Shown in pieces: positions 25,048 to 36,200 of a stretch of 64,000 nt of DNA. The DNA is from a virus: the IMG/VR virus record IMGVR_UViG_3300043449_000492, positions 1-64,000 of that record; one strand, written 5' to 3'. The first letter of the stretch is position 1. Every line of letters starts with the position of its first letter. Under the pieces are notes generated by a model. The model was not told the DNA's origin. It was given only the letters and a program-made list of their open reading frames with translations, and searched no databases. Position numbers and translations under genes: made by a program.

Positions 25048-25506
25048 ATGGCTACGGCTTACAAGCAGGGATTTTTTAAGCCTAGATTTCCTGAAAAGTA
25101 TATAGGTGATGTTAGTAATATTGTATATCGTTCTGGTTGGGAAAGACGAGTCATGCAGTATCTAGACGAGAATACGAATATAGCAAAGTGGTCATCAGAA
25201 GAGATTGTCATACCATATATTTCTCCCATAGATAATAGACCTCATCGTTACTTTGTCGATTTCTATGTTGAAGCAAAAGCAAGAGACGGCTCGACTAAGA
25301 AGATGATACTGGAAGTAAAGCCTGCTGCACAGACAGCTCCACCAGAAGCATCTAAGAGACGAACAAAACGCTATATCTCAGAAGTAATGACATATGGAGT
25401 TAATCAAGCAAAGTGGAACGCAGCAGTAGACTTTTGTATTGATAAAGGATGGGAATTTAAAATTATAACAGAAAACGAATTGTTCCCTAAAAAGAAGAAT
25501 AAATAG
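25048..25506 (+). CDS. gp4: head completion nuclease
   Basis: YRSGWE, WSSEE, HRYFVDF, EVKP, NQAKW. Confidence 0.93.
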   Translation: MATAYKQGFFKPRFPEKYIGDVSNIVYRSGWERRVMQYLDENTNIAKWSSEEIVIPYISPIDNRPHRYFVDFYVEAKARDGSTKKMILEVKPAAQTAPPEASKRRTKRYISEVMTYGVNQAKWNAAVDFCIDKGWEFKIITENELFPKKKNK

Positions 25507-25510
25507 CAAT

Positions 25511-26035
25511 ATGGCAGACGAAGGTAAAAAGAAATATAATGCAGATGAGCTACAGCGTTGGCTAATCGAGAAAGCCGAGCAAGCCAAATCACCTGATATT
25601 GCTCGTAAGACTATTCTATCTAATGAGCAACGTGGACGATCCACAACGATATTGGGTAGATTGTATTTCTTTAAGTATAGTCCAATCGGTAGATACACGC
25701 TTCCGAAGTATGATAGATTTCCAATGTGTGTTCCTATCGAGCGATATAATAATGGCTTTCTCGGACTCAATCTACATTATCTTCCAGCAGGATCTAGATT
25801 GTCATTGATACAAATGATGCTGTCAACGAGAAATGCGTTTGAAACATCTGATGTTACCGTTATGAAGATAAATTATCAGATGATTAAAGCTATTAATAAA
25901 TTAAATACTCTGGCTACACCTTGTATTCATCGTTATGTGTTTAATCAGGTGCGTTCAAAGTTTATCGAAATCTATCCGTCAGAATATGACAAAGCAATCC
26001 AACTACCAGTAGAAGACTGGGTATTCAATTCATAG
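25511..26035 (+). CDS. gp2: DNA end protector protein
   Basis: LPKYDRFP, GFLGLNLHYLP, PCIHRY. Confidence 0.9.
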   Translation: MADEGKKKYNADELQRWLIEKAEQAKSPDIARKTILSNEQRGRSTTILGRLYFFKYSPIGRYTLPKYDRFPMCVPIERYNNGFLGLNLHYLPAGSRLSLIQMMLSTRNAFETSDVTVMKINYQMIKAINKLNTLATPCIHRYVFNQVRSKFIEIYPSEYDKAIQLPVEDWVFNS

Positions 26036-26044
26036 GGTAAAAGA

Positions 26045-26854
26045 ATGACCATCTACAATTCATATTTTGATAAGATTCCGAAGCTTAATTATGATATCAA
26101 TAGATCACTTATGAATCCTCGTTACGAGTCGGTAACAAATATCTTTTTTCGTGTTAAATTCATTCAAGAAACAATCAATAACGTATCGTCATATTTTCTA
26201 GCGGAATTAGAAGATGGAGATACACCTGAGATTATTGCAGAAAAGGTCTATGGTGATTCTGGCGCCCATTGGATAATTACAATGGCTAATCAGATAGTAG
26301 ATCCTCAGTGGGATTGGCCATTAGATGAAGACGCTTTTCGTAAGTATTTGGTCGAGAAATATGGTTCAGTAGAATATGCACAAACGAATAATCATCATTA
26401 TGAAATGGTTGTCACCAGAACACTCAAGCCTGACATGGTTATCTCAGAGGCTCGTTATAGCGTCAATTCAAATAAATTAACAAGAAATATGCCTCAGGCT
26501 CCATACAACTATTACTTTCCATTTATTTTGACTATCGTATTTTGTGATAGCACCGACATTACAATCGATTCTACAATGTATACCGTTGATAATGGATATG
26601 AAGCGCAGGAAGGATATGGTCTACAACCAGGCTCTCTAGCCACTACACAATTCTATAATACATATGACATAGATGGTAAGACTGTCGTTGAAGTTATTAA
26701 AGGTGAACCTGTAACTTATTATGATTATGAAAATCAAATAAATGAATCCAAAAGAGTAATCAAGATAATCAAGAAAGATTATTATAGTCAGATATTGAAA
26801 GAACTTGAAACCCTGACCTCGACACAAACATCATATAGAAGACGAGTTAGCTAA
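26045..26854 (+). CDS. gp53: baseplate wedge protein
   Basis: TPEIIAEKVYG, HWII..N.I.DPQWDWP, YE..INESKRVIK. Confidence 0.9.
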   Translation: MTIYNSYFDKIPKLNYDINRSLMNPRYESVTNIFFRVKFIQETINNVSSYFLAELEDGDTPEIIAEKVYGDSGAHWIITMANQIVDPQWDWPLDEDAFRKYLVEKYGSVEYAQTNNHHYEMVVTRTLKPDMVISEARYSVNSNKLTRNMPQAPYNYYFPFILTIVFCDSTDITIDSTMYTVDNGYEAQEGYGLQPGSLATTQFYNTYDIDGKTVVEVIKGEPVTYYDYENQINESKRVIKIIKKDYYSQILKELETLTSTQTSYRRRVS

Positions 26855-28074
26855 TGCCAATTAATTATGGAGTCTTAGACAACAAGGACCTGGTCCAGAT
26901 TTCTGATTTTGATATTGGAAGTGGTATACCAGATAATATGTCCGTGAAAGAGATTAATATTGTCGAGAGTCTTCTATCTCCATCAGCACAAGTTCTCGCA
27001 GTTATGCAATCGGATATCTACAATCCACCCGGTAAGAACTTTGATGATTTTAAAAATAAGGATATGTCTTTTACACTAGAGCTTAAAGGTGGATCGCAGA
27101 AAAAGATGAAGGTCAAGATGAAGACCTATCGCTTAGATAATAGAAGCTTTGTGCAGAATAATCTAAGCAATGTTGAAGAAATGGTATTTCATGCTATTGA
27201 CGAGACAGTTCTAGAAGATGCTAAATGTCTTGTCTCTAAGTCATGGAAATGTACCCAGCCTTCCAAGATAGTTAGTAGCATTCTAGAGGAATGCTTGAAA
27301 GCGGAAAACTCTGTTGTTGACAATGCTGATCCTGCAAGAGATTATATAGCTGAGAATATTCATCCATTTCGTGTCATTGCACAACAAGCGGAAGTTGCTC
27401 TCGATGGAGACGATCCATCTTTTCTTCACTTTATGACAGTTGATGAAGAAAAAGGTTCTGGTGTGCATCATTTTCAATCGCTCAAGAAACTCACTAAAGA
27501 AAGTCCTATTCAAGTCTATCAGTCTGAACCTACTCAAAAAGGAACTTATAAGAATAAGACTGCAGCTATTAGCTTCTCGTTTCCGTGCGACTTTGATTAT
27601 CTTTCCGATCTGCTTAATGGCTTAGATGAGAATGGACAAAATCAAAACTCAATGAGCACCATTGACATGGTAAAGAAGCAATTCATGAAGCTTATGGGCG
27701 GCGGAGAGGGATCCGACTCATGTGATTGTGGACTCGGGCAATATAATTATAAAGTTGCACAATCAAATAAAACATCTGCAGAGCAAAGAAATAGTTGCAA
27801 TCTAGACGTTGAAACTCACTTACTCAAAAGACAAGCTCGTATGGCTCTATTAGAGAAAGACAAGATTGCACTCAGAATTACCGTGCCATGGGATCCTGCT
27901 CTACATGCTGGTAAAGTTATTAAGTTTGAATGGAAAAACAAATATTCAGACGCTGATGTATATGGGCATGGAGATTATCTAATTGTCTCGATGATGCATA
28001 CCATTCGTATGGGAGGTTATGCAGTTACAACAATGGATTGCGTTGCTAAGACAGTAGGTGAGGGAGAGGTTTAA
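26854..28074 (+). CDS. probable baseplate hub protein (gp27-like)
   Basis: Position between gp53 and gp5; C-terminal LHAGKVI...GDYLIVSMMH. Confidence 0.6.
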   Translation: MPINYGVLDNKDLVQISDFDIGSGIPDNMSVKEINIVESLLSPSAQVLAVMQSDIYNPPGKNFDDFKNKDMSFTLELKGGSQKKMKVKMKTYRLDNRSFVQNNLSNVEEMVFHAIDETVLEDAKCLVSKSWKCTQPSKIVSSILEECLKAENSVVDNADPARDYIAENIHPFRVIAQQAEVALDGDDPSFLHFMTVDEEKGSGVHHFQSLKKLTKESPIQVYQSEPTQKGTYKNKTAAISFSFPCDFDYLSDLLNGLDENGQNQNSMSTIDMVKKQFMKLMGGGEGSDSCDCGLGQYNYKVAQSNKTSAEQRNSCNLDVETHLLKRQARMALLEKDKIALRITVPWDPALHAGKVIKFEWKNKYSDADVYGHGDYLIVSMMHTIRMGGYAVTTMDCVAKTVGEGEV

Positions 28075-28076
28075 CT

Positions 28077-29540
28077 ATGAGTTCAATTGGAAATATTTTT
28101 GATTTACTACAAATTGGTGTTATTGCATCTGGTGGTGATCCTAACGGTAAGGGTGATAAGAAGGGAGATTTTCCTTCTGATAAATCATCAAATCAAAAAG
28201 TCATTCTACCTATGACACAGGATCCTGAGGGAGTAAAGCAAGAGCATCTAGCTTTCTCCCCAATGATGCATTCGCCGACAGCATTTTCACAGGGCGGATT
28301 TCAGGGTCATCTAGACCCAGGCGCACTTGTTTATTTTCTCAAGATGCCTGGCGAAACTGGAGGAATTATTCTTGGTCAAGCTAATGATCTAGTCAATTAT
28401 GATCAAGGTGCATCTGGTGGACAAAATCTACTCGGAGCACAATACTTTCAGGATCTATTTGATAGAGAAACTGGTGTTAATATTCCCCCAGAGATTAAAG
28501 AAACTGAAGAAGACGGTGTTAAAGTTAAAGCAATTAAAGAGAAGAATAAAAAGCATAAACATTCTCTACTTAAAGGCTTGCCTTCGCATAATGCAATGCA
28601 GCCGACTACGGGATATAAACTAGAAGAAATAACAAACGTCCCCACAGCAAAGCAAGAATTTAATGCATTGCCCACTACCGATATGATGAATATGATTCCT
28701 GGCAATCTTATGTCATTGCCTCAGATGTTTCAGGGACTCATGCAGGGCGGTGGTGGAGCTGGAGGGGGCGGACAAGGAGCAGGTGGTCAGGGAGCTGGGC
28801 AAGGAACTGCAAGCGGCTCAGCAGGACTAACCGCATCTTCTACCAGAGTAAAAGTAGAGAATCCAGAAACATCTAATACAGTCATTGGCTCAGTAGCGTT
28901 CATGACTGAAGATGATCCTATGATGGATCTATTACCTACTCCCATGGAGAGACTTGAGCAGCAACTTGATCCTACTATTTTTAATGCACTTAGTAGTATT
29001 TCTACGCTTACACAAGGCATGGCAGCATCTGATGTTTGTTCTTTTCAGACAGCCAGTCGAGTGCATTATGATACCTATATGTATAATGCAGAGACTCTAT
29101 TATCACAGGTCACATGTCTTGAAGACTTGTTTACCGCTATTCATAGATTGCAGCATGATACCTCATTATTCGGCCTTGAAAATTTAGCTCCTGTTTATTA
29201 TACTGTAGAGACTGCATGGGGAAATGCTAATGTTGTTATCTCTCATGCTGATATTGGACTAGAATATGCTAATGCTAATGTGCAGAAACAATTTGCACAA
29301 TCAATGACCAATCCATCTAATAGTCCATCCGCAGGTGGCGGCGGAGGTGGAGGGAATATGTTCGGTAAGTCTGCCGAAAAGATGATGGACATGTTCAAGC
29401 GTCTAGGTCCTAATAATCAAAAAGAAGCAAAACAAATGCATGAGAAATTAAATCAGGGCGATGATGCACAGAAGCTATGGAAAATTGTAGAAAAAACACT
29501 CAAGGGAGGAAACCCTCTTGATCCTTCACTATTCAAATAA
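28077..29540 (+). CDS. baseplate-associated protein, possible gp5 N-terminal (OB-fold) part
   Basis: Position; PGALVYF...IILG pattern; Gly-rich linkers. Confidence 0.5.
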   Translation: MSSIGNIFDLLQIGVIASGGDPNGKGDKKGDFPSDKSSNQKVILPMTQDPEGVKQEHLAFSPMMHSPTAFSQGGFQGHLDPGALVYFLKMPGETGGIILGQANDLVNYDQGASGGQNLLGAQYFQDLFDRETGVNIPPEIKETEEDGVKVKAIKEKNKKHKHSLLKGLPSHNAMQPTTGYKLEEITNVPTAKQEFNALPTTDMMNMIPGNLMSLPQMFQGLMQGGGGAGGGGQGAGGQGAGQGTASGSAGLTASSTRVKVENPETSNTVIGSVAFMTEDDPMMDLLPTPMERLEQQLDPTIFNALSSISTLTQGMAASDVCSFQTASRVHYDTYMYNAETLLSQVTCLEDLFTAIHRLQHDTSLFGLENLAPVYYTVETAWGNANVVISHADIGLEYANANVQKQFAQSMTNPSNSPSAGGGGGGGNMFGKSAEKMMDMFKRLGPNNQKEAKQMHEKLNQGDDAQKLWKIVEKTLKGGNPLDPSLFK

Positions 29541-29552
29541 GGTGTGAAATAA

Positions 29553-30539
29553 ATGTCAGATACTAGAAAATCCGATAAGAACTTAGATCAAGATAAGAAG
29601 AAATCCCCCAAGAACTGGAAGGGTCCTCCAGATGCTCGTCGTGAAGAAGGAGCAGGCAAATATCCAAATCAGTTTCTCTCTGCTCATTCTCGCTCAGGTC
29701 ATAGCATTGTTATTGACGACTCTGAAGGTAAAGAGAGTATGACGTTTCAGCATCGTGGAGGTTCTGCGATGCAGTTTCTACCCAATGGTGCGATTCAGGT
29801 TGTGGCTCACAATTCAATGTATCATCTAGTCTTTGGACAAAATCGTCTTTCAATTACTGGTGCAAATGATCTTACCGTCAAGGGTGATGGATCAATGCTA
29901 GTATATGGAGACTTTAATAAGACAGTTCACGGCGATATCAATTGGACAGCTACTGGTGACTTTAATGTTACTGCTGAGAATATGAATAGTCATATTAGAG
30001 GCAATATAGACACACAAGCAAAGAATGAAACAAAAAAGCTTGAAGGATCTATGGCTGTCAAAGCGCAGGGAGCTATTGCAATGGCTTCTAAAGATTCGCT
30101 TACTGCAGTATCGCTAGGTGATCAAGTGCATATTGGTGGGGGCTCGGGACTCAATCTCTTTGCTAACGAAGGTAATATCACAGGTAATGTTGAGAAAGGT
30201 AACTTTCACTTTGAAGCTAAAGATGGAACATTTGAAGCAAAGATTAAAGACGCTATTAAGCTTCTCTCTGATTCGGGAGCAATGCATCTAATCGCTCAAG
30301 AAGCAGCAAACATTATTGCTAAGAGCGGGAACATTCATATCAACTCACAGTCTGGTGATATTCACGTTAAGGCTGATTCAGGTATGCATCATCTAGACGC
30401 TTCGCTCTCATATATGCAAAGTGGAACATCGCAAGCAGGATCACCAGAAGAAGCCACAGGTGCTACAGGTGAAGCGACAGCAGCTAAGACTACCTCTGGA
30501 GTTCAGAGTGATTCTAAGGCTTTAGGCAAACTCAACTAA
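29553..30539 (+). CDS. gp5: gp5-like central spike beta-helix protein (no lysozyme domain)
   Basis: YPNQ..SRSGHSIVIDDSEGKE..HRGGS followed by VxGD/N repeats. Confidence 0.75.
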   Translation: MSDTRKSDKNLDQDKKKSPKNWKGPPDARREEGAGKYPNQFLSAHSRSGHSIVIDDSEGKESMTFQHRGGSAMQFLPNGAIQVVAHNSMYHLVFGQNRLSITGANDLTVKGDGSMLVYGDFNKTVHGDINWTATGDFNVTAENMNSHIRGNIDTQAKNETKKLEGSMAVKAQGAIAMASKDSLTAVSLGDQVHIGGGSGLNLFANEGNITGNVEKGNFHFEAKDGTFEAKIKDAIKLLSDSGAMHLIAQEAANIIAKSGNIHINSQSGDIHVKADSGMHHLDASLSYMQSGTSQAGSPEEATGATGEATAAKTTSGVQSDSKALGKLN

Positions 30540-30564
30540 ATATAGTAACCAGTAGAGGACTAAA

Positions 30565-30969
30565 ATGGCTTACGCTATTCTCACAAATAATTATCCAGAT
30601 GCAGATTTGGATCTAGACTTTCTAAGAAATCCTACTACATCAGATGTTGTTAGAAAGACTGGTGAAGAAGCTATTAAAAGATCAGTTAGAAATCTCATCT
30701 TTACCAACTTTTATGATCGCCCATTTAGATCATATATCGGTTGTTCTGTTAGACAAATCCTATTCGAGAATATGGGTCCTCTCACCGAGACATTTCTAGA
30801 GACTGCCATTAGAGATGTGATAAATAATTTTGAGCCAAGAGTCCGACTTATCTCTGTTAAGGTCTCAGCAGACTTTGATAGAAACGGATATTCTGCTGGT
30901 CTAGAATACATCATCAATAATCGTGAAACGCCTATTATAACAAGTTTATTTCTGGAGCGTATTAGATGA
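30565..30969 (+). CDS. gp25: baseplate wedge subunit
   Basis: DLDLDF, AIKRSVRNLI.T..YDRPF, FEPRV, LERIR; ACTAAATA at 30535. Confidence 0.93.
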   Translation: MAYAILTNNYPDADLDLDFLRNPTTSDVVRKTGEEAIKRSVRNLIFTNFYDRPFRSYIGCSVRQILFENMGPLTETFLETAIRDVINNFEPRVRLISVKVSADFDRNGYSAGLEYIINNRETPIITSLFLERIR

Positions 30970-31214
30970 TTTGGCACAAACATCATATAGGCAAACAAAA
31001 AACTATAGAAGAAAAAGAAAAGATTAGCAATACCCTAAGGGGATATAAAAGATCAGAAGATTCTAAGAAGAAGCAAAGTCAGACTATGACTGGTAGAAAA
31101 TTACCTCAGGAGCAAGTAGCAAAAATGATAGCCGGTAATACAGGTAAGAAACGATCTGAGGAGACGAAAGAGAAAATGCGACTCGCCTGGATTAGACGAA
31201 AGGGCAATCTATAA
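30966..31214 (+). pseudogene. homing endonuclease remnant (NUMOD3 repeats only)
   Basis: WHKHHI then GKKRSEETKEKM-type repeats; no catalytic domain. Confidence 0.65.
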
Positions 31215-33292
31215 TGGCAATCTCAAATACAGCACTTAGAGTTGCAGAATTAGACTTCTTTAAGATTAAAGATAATCTTAAGAACTTTTTGCGTAGTCAG
31301 ACTCAGTTCAATGATTATGATTTCGAGGGATCAGGCATGTCTGTTCTATTGGACGTTCTTGCCTATAACACATACTACAATTCATTCTATATGAATATGG
31401 CAGCATCCGAAGCCTTTCTTGATACTGCACAAGTTCGTTCTAATATTCTATCACATGCTAAGCTTATTAACTATGTTCCTGAATCTGCACAGGGAGCATT
31501 AGCAAAGATCAATGTAGTTGTTACGCCTTCTACATCGGAAGATAGCACTCCAAATGTCATTTCACTTGATAGATATTCCAGACTAATTGGTCGAGACATT
31601 GATGGAAAGAATTTCACATTCGTCACCCTCAATTCAAATACTGCTGCAAAGGTAAACGGTTCATTCACATTTGCTAACGTAATGATCAAACAGGGTGAAG
31701 TTATCACTTATGAGTTTACTGCAGCAGCAAATAATGTGACCAGAAGATATCAGATTCCTTCTTCAAACGTAGACATGACGACTATTACAGTTACCGTGCA
31801 GGAATCATCCGCTAACACATATACTACAGAATATAAACATGCTGATGACATGACAGTCTTGACAAAAGATTCCAGAGTGTATTATCTTGAAGAAGACGAC
31901 CAGCTAAAGTATTCACTTTACTTTGGTGATGACATTCTTGGTAAGAGACCTACTGATGGTAATATCATTATTGTCACTTATCTCGATACACTTGGTTCTG
32001 TATCTAATAACATTTCAAAGTTTGTCTTTGCAGAATCTATTGCAGATCGTTATAGAGACAATGTTAGAATTACCACTGTTCAAGGATCATACGGCGGCGT
32101 AGATAAAGAAAATATTGAGAGCATTCGTTTTCGTGCTCCTTATTTCTATACTGCACAGAATCGTTGCGTCACAATCAACGATTACGAATCTCTTATTATG
32201 AAAGATTATAACAACATTGACTCTGTAGCAATTTGGGGCGGCGAGGACAATGATCCTGTTGTATATGGTAAGGTCTATCTTTCACTTAAGACCAAAAACT
32301 TCTATGCTCTATCTAATCTAGAAAAAGAAAAGATTAAAACCTCACTTATCAAGAATCGTAATGTTCTAACAATTATTCCAGAAATTGTTGATCCGGATTA
32401 CGTTTATCTTATGATTAGAGGAAGAGTTAAATACAATCCATCGCTAACATACAAGTCAGCAAACGAAATTCAAGATATCGTCAAAGAAGCAGTTGTGCGT
32501 TATAGCGATCAAGAACTAAGCAAGTTCAAGTCAACATTTAAAAAGTCAAAACTTCAGGCATATATTGAAGCTTCTGATCCATCTATCACAGGATCGGATA
32601 TCTATGTGTTTATGCAAAAGCGTGTTCCAATTAATATTAATCAGACCAAGAACTACTATATCAAGTTTAATGCTCCGCTTACTAAAGGCGACTACGTTAA
32701 AAAGCTATACACCTATCCCGAACTATCCGTTCTCGATAGTGGTAATGTAATTCGTCAAGTCTTTTTTGAGGAAGTTCCAAGTTCATTTACAGGTATCGAT
32801 GCCATTCAAGTCGTATCTGGAGGTATTAATTATGAGTCAACTCCTATTATCACAATTCAAGGTGATGGTACTGGAGCTACTGCAGTAGCTGAAATGGCAG
32901 GCAATAGAGTTAAGTCTATCAAAGTTACTAATAAGGGCGTTAACTATTCAAGAGCCACTGTTCTCATTTCTGGTGGTGGAGGCTCGGAAGCTTATGCTCT
33001 TCCTGTGCTTCAAGCAAGAAACGGAACTATCAGATCATTTTATTATAAGACAAACGGCGAAAAAGTTGTTGTCAACGAAAACGCAGGTACAGTAAACTAT
33101 AATACAGGCGAAGTTGTCCTTACAGCACTTAATCCATTGAATGTTACAAAGAATGAATACTATGGAACTGACATTCTAACACTCAATTCTGTTCCTTTTG
33201 AGGATATCATTGTTCCACAAAGAAATCGAATCCTCTCTATTGACGAAAACAATATTCAAAGCATTCAGCTCGAAATCATTGCGGAAACTTGA
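31214..33292 (+). CDS. gp6: baseplate wedge subunit
   Basis: LDFFKIKDNLK, DYDFEGSG..LLDVLAYNT, QNRCVT..DY, WGGE. Confidence 0.95.
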   Translation: MAISNTALRVAELDFFKIKDNLKNFLRSQTQFNDYDFEGSGMSVLLDVLAYNTYYNSFYMNMAASEAFLDTAQVRSNILSHAKLINYVPESAQGALAKINVVVTPSTSEDSTPNVISLDRYSRLIGRDIDGKNFTFVTLNSNTAAKVNGSFTFANVMIKQGEVITYEFTAAANNVTRRYQIPSSNVDMTTITVTVQESSANTYTTEYKHADDMTVLTKDSRVYYLEEDDQLKYSLYFGDDILGKRPTDGNIIIVTYLDTLGSVSNNISKFVFAESIADRYRDNVRITTVQGSYGGVDKENIESIRFRAPYFYTAQNRCVTINDYESLIMKDYNNIDSVAIWGGEDNDPVVYGKVYLSLKTKNFYALSNLEKEKIKTSLIKNRNVLTIIPEIVDPDYVYLMIRGRVKYNPSLTYKSANEIQDIVKEAVVRYSDQELSKFKSTFKKSKLQAYIEASDPSITGSDIYVFMQKRVPININQTKNYYIKFNAPLTKGDYVKKLYTYPELSVLDSGNVIRQVFFEEVPSSFTGIDAIQVVSGGINYESTPIITIQGDGTGATAVAEMAGNRVKSIKVTNKGVNYSRATVLISGGGGSEAYALPVLQARNGTIRSFYYKTNGEKVVVNENAGTVNYNTGEVVLTALNPLNVTKNEYYGTDILTLNSVPFEDIIVPQRNRILSIDENNIQSIQLEIIAET

Positions 33293-36200
33293 TGGACAAC
33301 TCAAACAATAAAACATCATTATTAATTAGTTCTCAGGTACCTCAGTTCGTTAAAGACGATCATGAGACCTTCGTCAATTTCCTTGAAGACTATTATAAGT
33401 TTTTAGAGCAAGATGGTCAGCTAAGTTACGTCCAGAAGAACTTTCTACGTTTTTTGGACATTGACAATATCAATCAAGACATTAAAGAAGATGCTCTTTT
33501 TGAAGGACATACTGAAGAAGGTGGATATCACAGTTTTCTTCAAAAGATGTATGATAACTTTATTGCACTTATTCCTGCAAAAGTTCTTGCTGACAGAACC
33601 CTTATTCTTAAACATGCCAAGGACTTCTATCGTGCCAGAGGCTCTGAGAAGTCTGTTCGCTTTCTTCTACGCATTCTATTCAATAAGGAAATTAGCTTCT
33701 ACTATCCGAGACAAGATGTTCTCAAAGCATCTGACGGTAAGTGGTATATCGAAACTGCTATTAGAGTAGGAAACATTCAAGTCAATAATGTTTCTAATAC
33801 TAGTGCAGCAACTAAGTTCGTATCTAAACAAATTATTGGAGAAACATCAAACACAACGGCCATCGTTGAGTTCGTTGATACATTCTATGATAAAGGCAAA
33901 CTTGTCACTGAGTTAAAAATTTCTAACTTCGATAGAGAATTTTCTGCCAGTGAAATTGTTCACGCAAGATATGAAGAAAATGGAGAAGAAAAGTTTCTTT
34001 CTGGTAGACTCTATTCTGGTAGTATCTCATATGTTAGCTTGATTGATGGAGGTGTAGGTTATACTCTTGGTGAAGAAATTCCTATTGAAGGCGACGGAGC
34101 TAATGCTAAGATTATTGTTTCAAGAGTTACCAAAGGCTCTCTTACATCTATTGGTGTATTGAAACCTGGTGCTGGATTTAAAGTTGATGACAATATCTTC
34201 ATTCTCGGCGGTGGTGGAGACGGAGCTAATGGTCGTGTTTCTATTGTCGATCTATCTAACAAGTATCATCCAAACACATATCAGATTGTCGCTGATCAGA
34301 TTTATCTAGAAGCTAATACGCCAATTGGCAATACAATCTATGCTAATCTAAAACCTGAGATTATCGATCCAGCAAATAACTGGATTGCTAACTCTATGCA
34401 TTACTGGGCATATGCTAACTGTGGTCCTGTTCTCTTTGCTGAACTTGTGAGAGAAGGCGAAGGTTATACATCTATGCCTGTTGCTGATATTCAATCAAAT
34501 ACTGCAGTTAGGTCACTCGGTATTGTAGGTCGCATGGAGATTAGACGAGGTGGAGTGAATTATCAAGTTGGTGACACCATCGAGTTTGATAATCCATATG
34601 GTTCATTTGGCACAGGCGCATATGCTAATGTTACTAATGTTGCTGCTAATGGTATGATTACATCAGTTAACTGGGTCACTCAGCCTGGTCATTTCCCAGG
34701 CGGTGAGGGTTATAATCAAGCTACTCTACCACTAGCAAGAGTCGTTTCTGGAACAGGAAGCAATGCTTATATTGAAGTTGTAGCTACAATTGGTGACGGC
34801 GAACAACTTATTGAATCATCTACAACATTTGGTACAATTCTTGAAATTAAAGTTATTGCGGCAGGCGATGGATTCACCTATGCTCCGTTACTCAATCTTG
34901 CAAATATGTCAACAGGTTCAAACGCATCAGCTCTAGCCTATATTGTTCAAGGCACATATGTCTATCCAGGTCGTTATCTAAACGATGATGGCCATCTATC
35001 ATCTTATAACTTCCTTGAAGATAGAGACTACTATCAGAACTATTCTTATGTTGTTAAGATTGACGAACCTATTAGTAAATATAGAAAGCCCCTTAAGGAT
35101 CTAACTCACCCTGCAGGTATGAAGCTATTTGGTCAGTATGACTTTGTTACTAATAACTCTCTAAATGTTCGCACATCTGCTGCAAATACTATTAATAGCA
35201 AGATGGTTCTTTCTGAGTATTATGTCAATACAAATGATGTGACTAAGAGTGGTTCATATAATGTCAAGACTCTTGTGGGAACTTATGAACCTTATATCGG
35301 AACGGCAACATTCAATATTATGCCGACTTCAACAACGACATATGGTTCTAGAAACTCTAGAATTTATGTTAAGTCATTTAGACATAGCTATAAGTCTGGA
35401 CAAAAAGTATTTCTAAAGTTCAATCAAGGTTATGCAAACATCGTCAATGGACTCTATACCGTTGTAATGGCAAATACCAACTACTTTTCGGTTGATGTTG
35501 TAAATGGAAATACAAACATCATTACTCCTAAGCCTAATACATCTAATCTAGTATTAAGCTCAGGATCAGGTAATACAGTATCATTTATTAACGTAAGTTA
35601 TTGGGTAGCTAACTCAAACAATAAGTTTGACGTTGGCGATACTCTAAATGTTCGTGGCAATCTCGTTAGTGTCGTTTATGCTAGTCAGAACTCTGCGACA
35701 TTTGCAGTCTTTCCTGCAGTATCGGGAAATATTTCTGGTGAGGACTTCATTGTTCTTCAACAACCTTATCCAGCAAATGGTAATGTTATTATATACGATC
35801 CTAAGATTCGTATAAACTATTCCGACAAGAGACAGACTGCAAATGCAAGCGTATATCTCAAATTCCAAACAGACGATACAACATATGAAAATACATTCTA
35901 TGAAGTAACTACTGCTAACTCTGTGGCTTTCTCCGTTCAGCATAGCAATATTGCCAATGCGATAGTCAAGAATGGACTTGTGAGAGTTTATTCAAATACC
36001 ATAGTTGTAACAGCAAATAGTCATGACATTGTTGAAGGAGAGTCAATTTATCTTACATTCACTACTGGCGATGTTGCAAATGCAACCAGTAACTTCTACA
36101 ATGTATATCATTCTACTGCTAATACATTTAATATAGATACTCCTAATACTGTTATGACTGGAGGAGCTGTAGATATCAAGACAGCAAATATCACTGTTAC

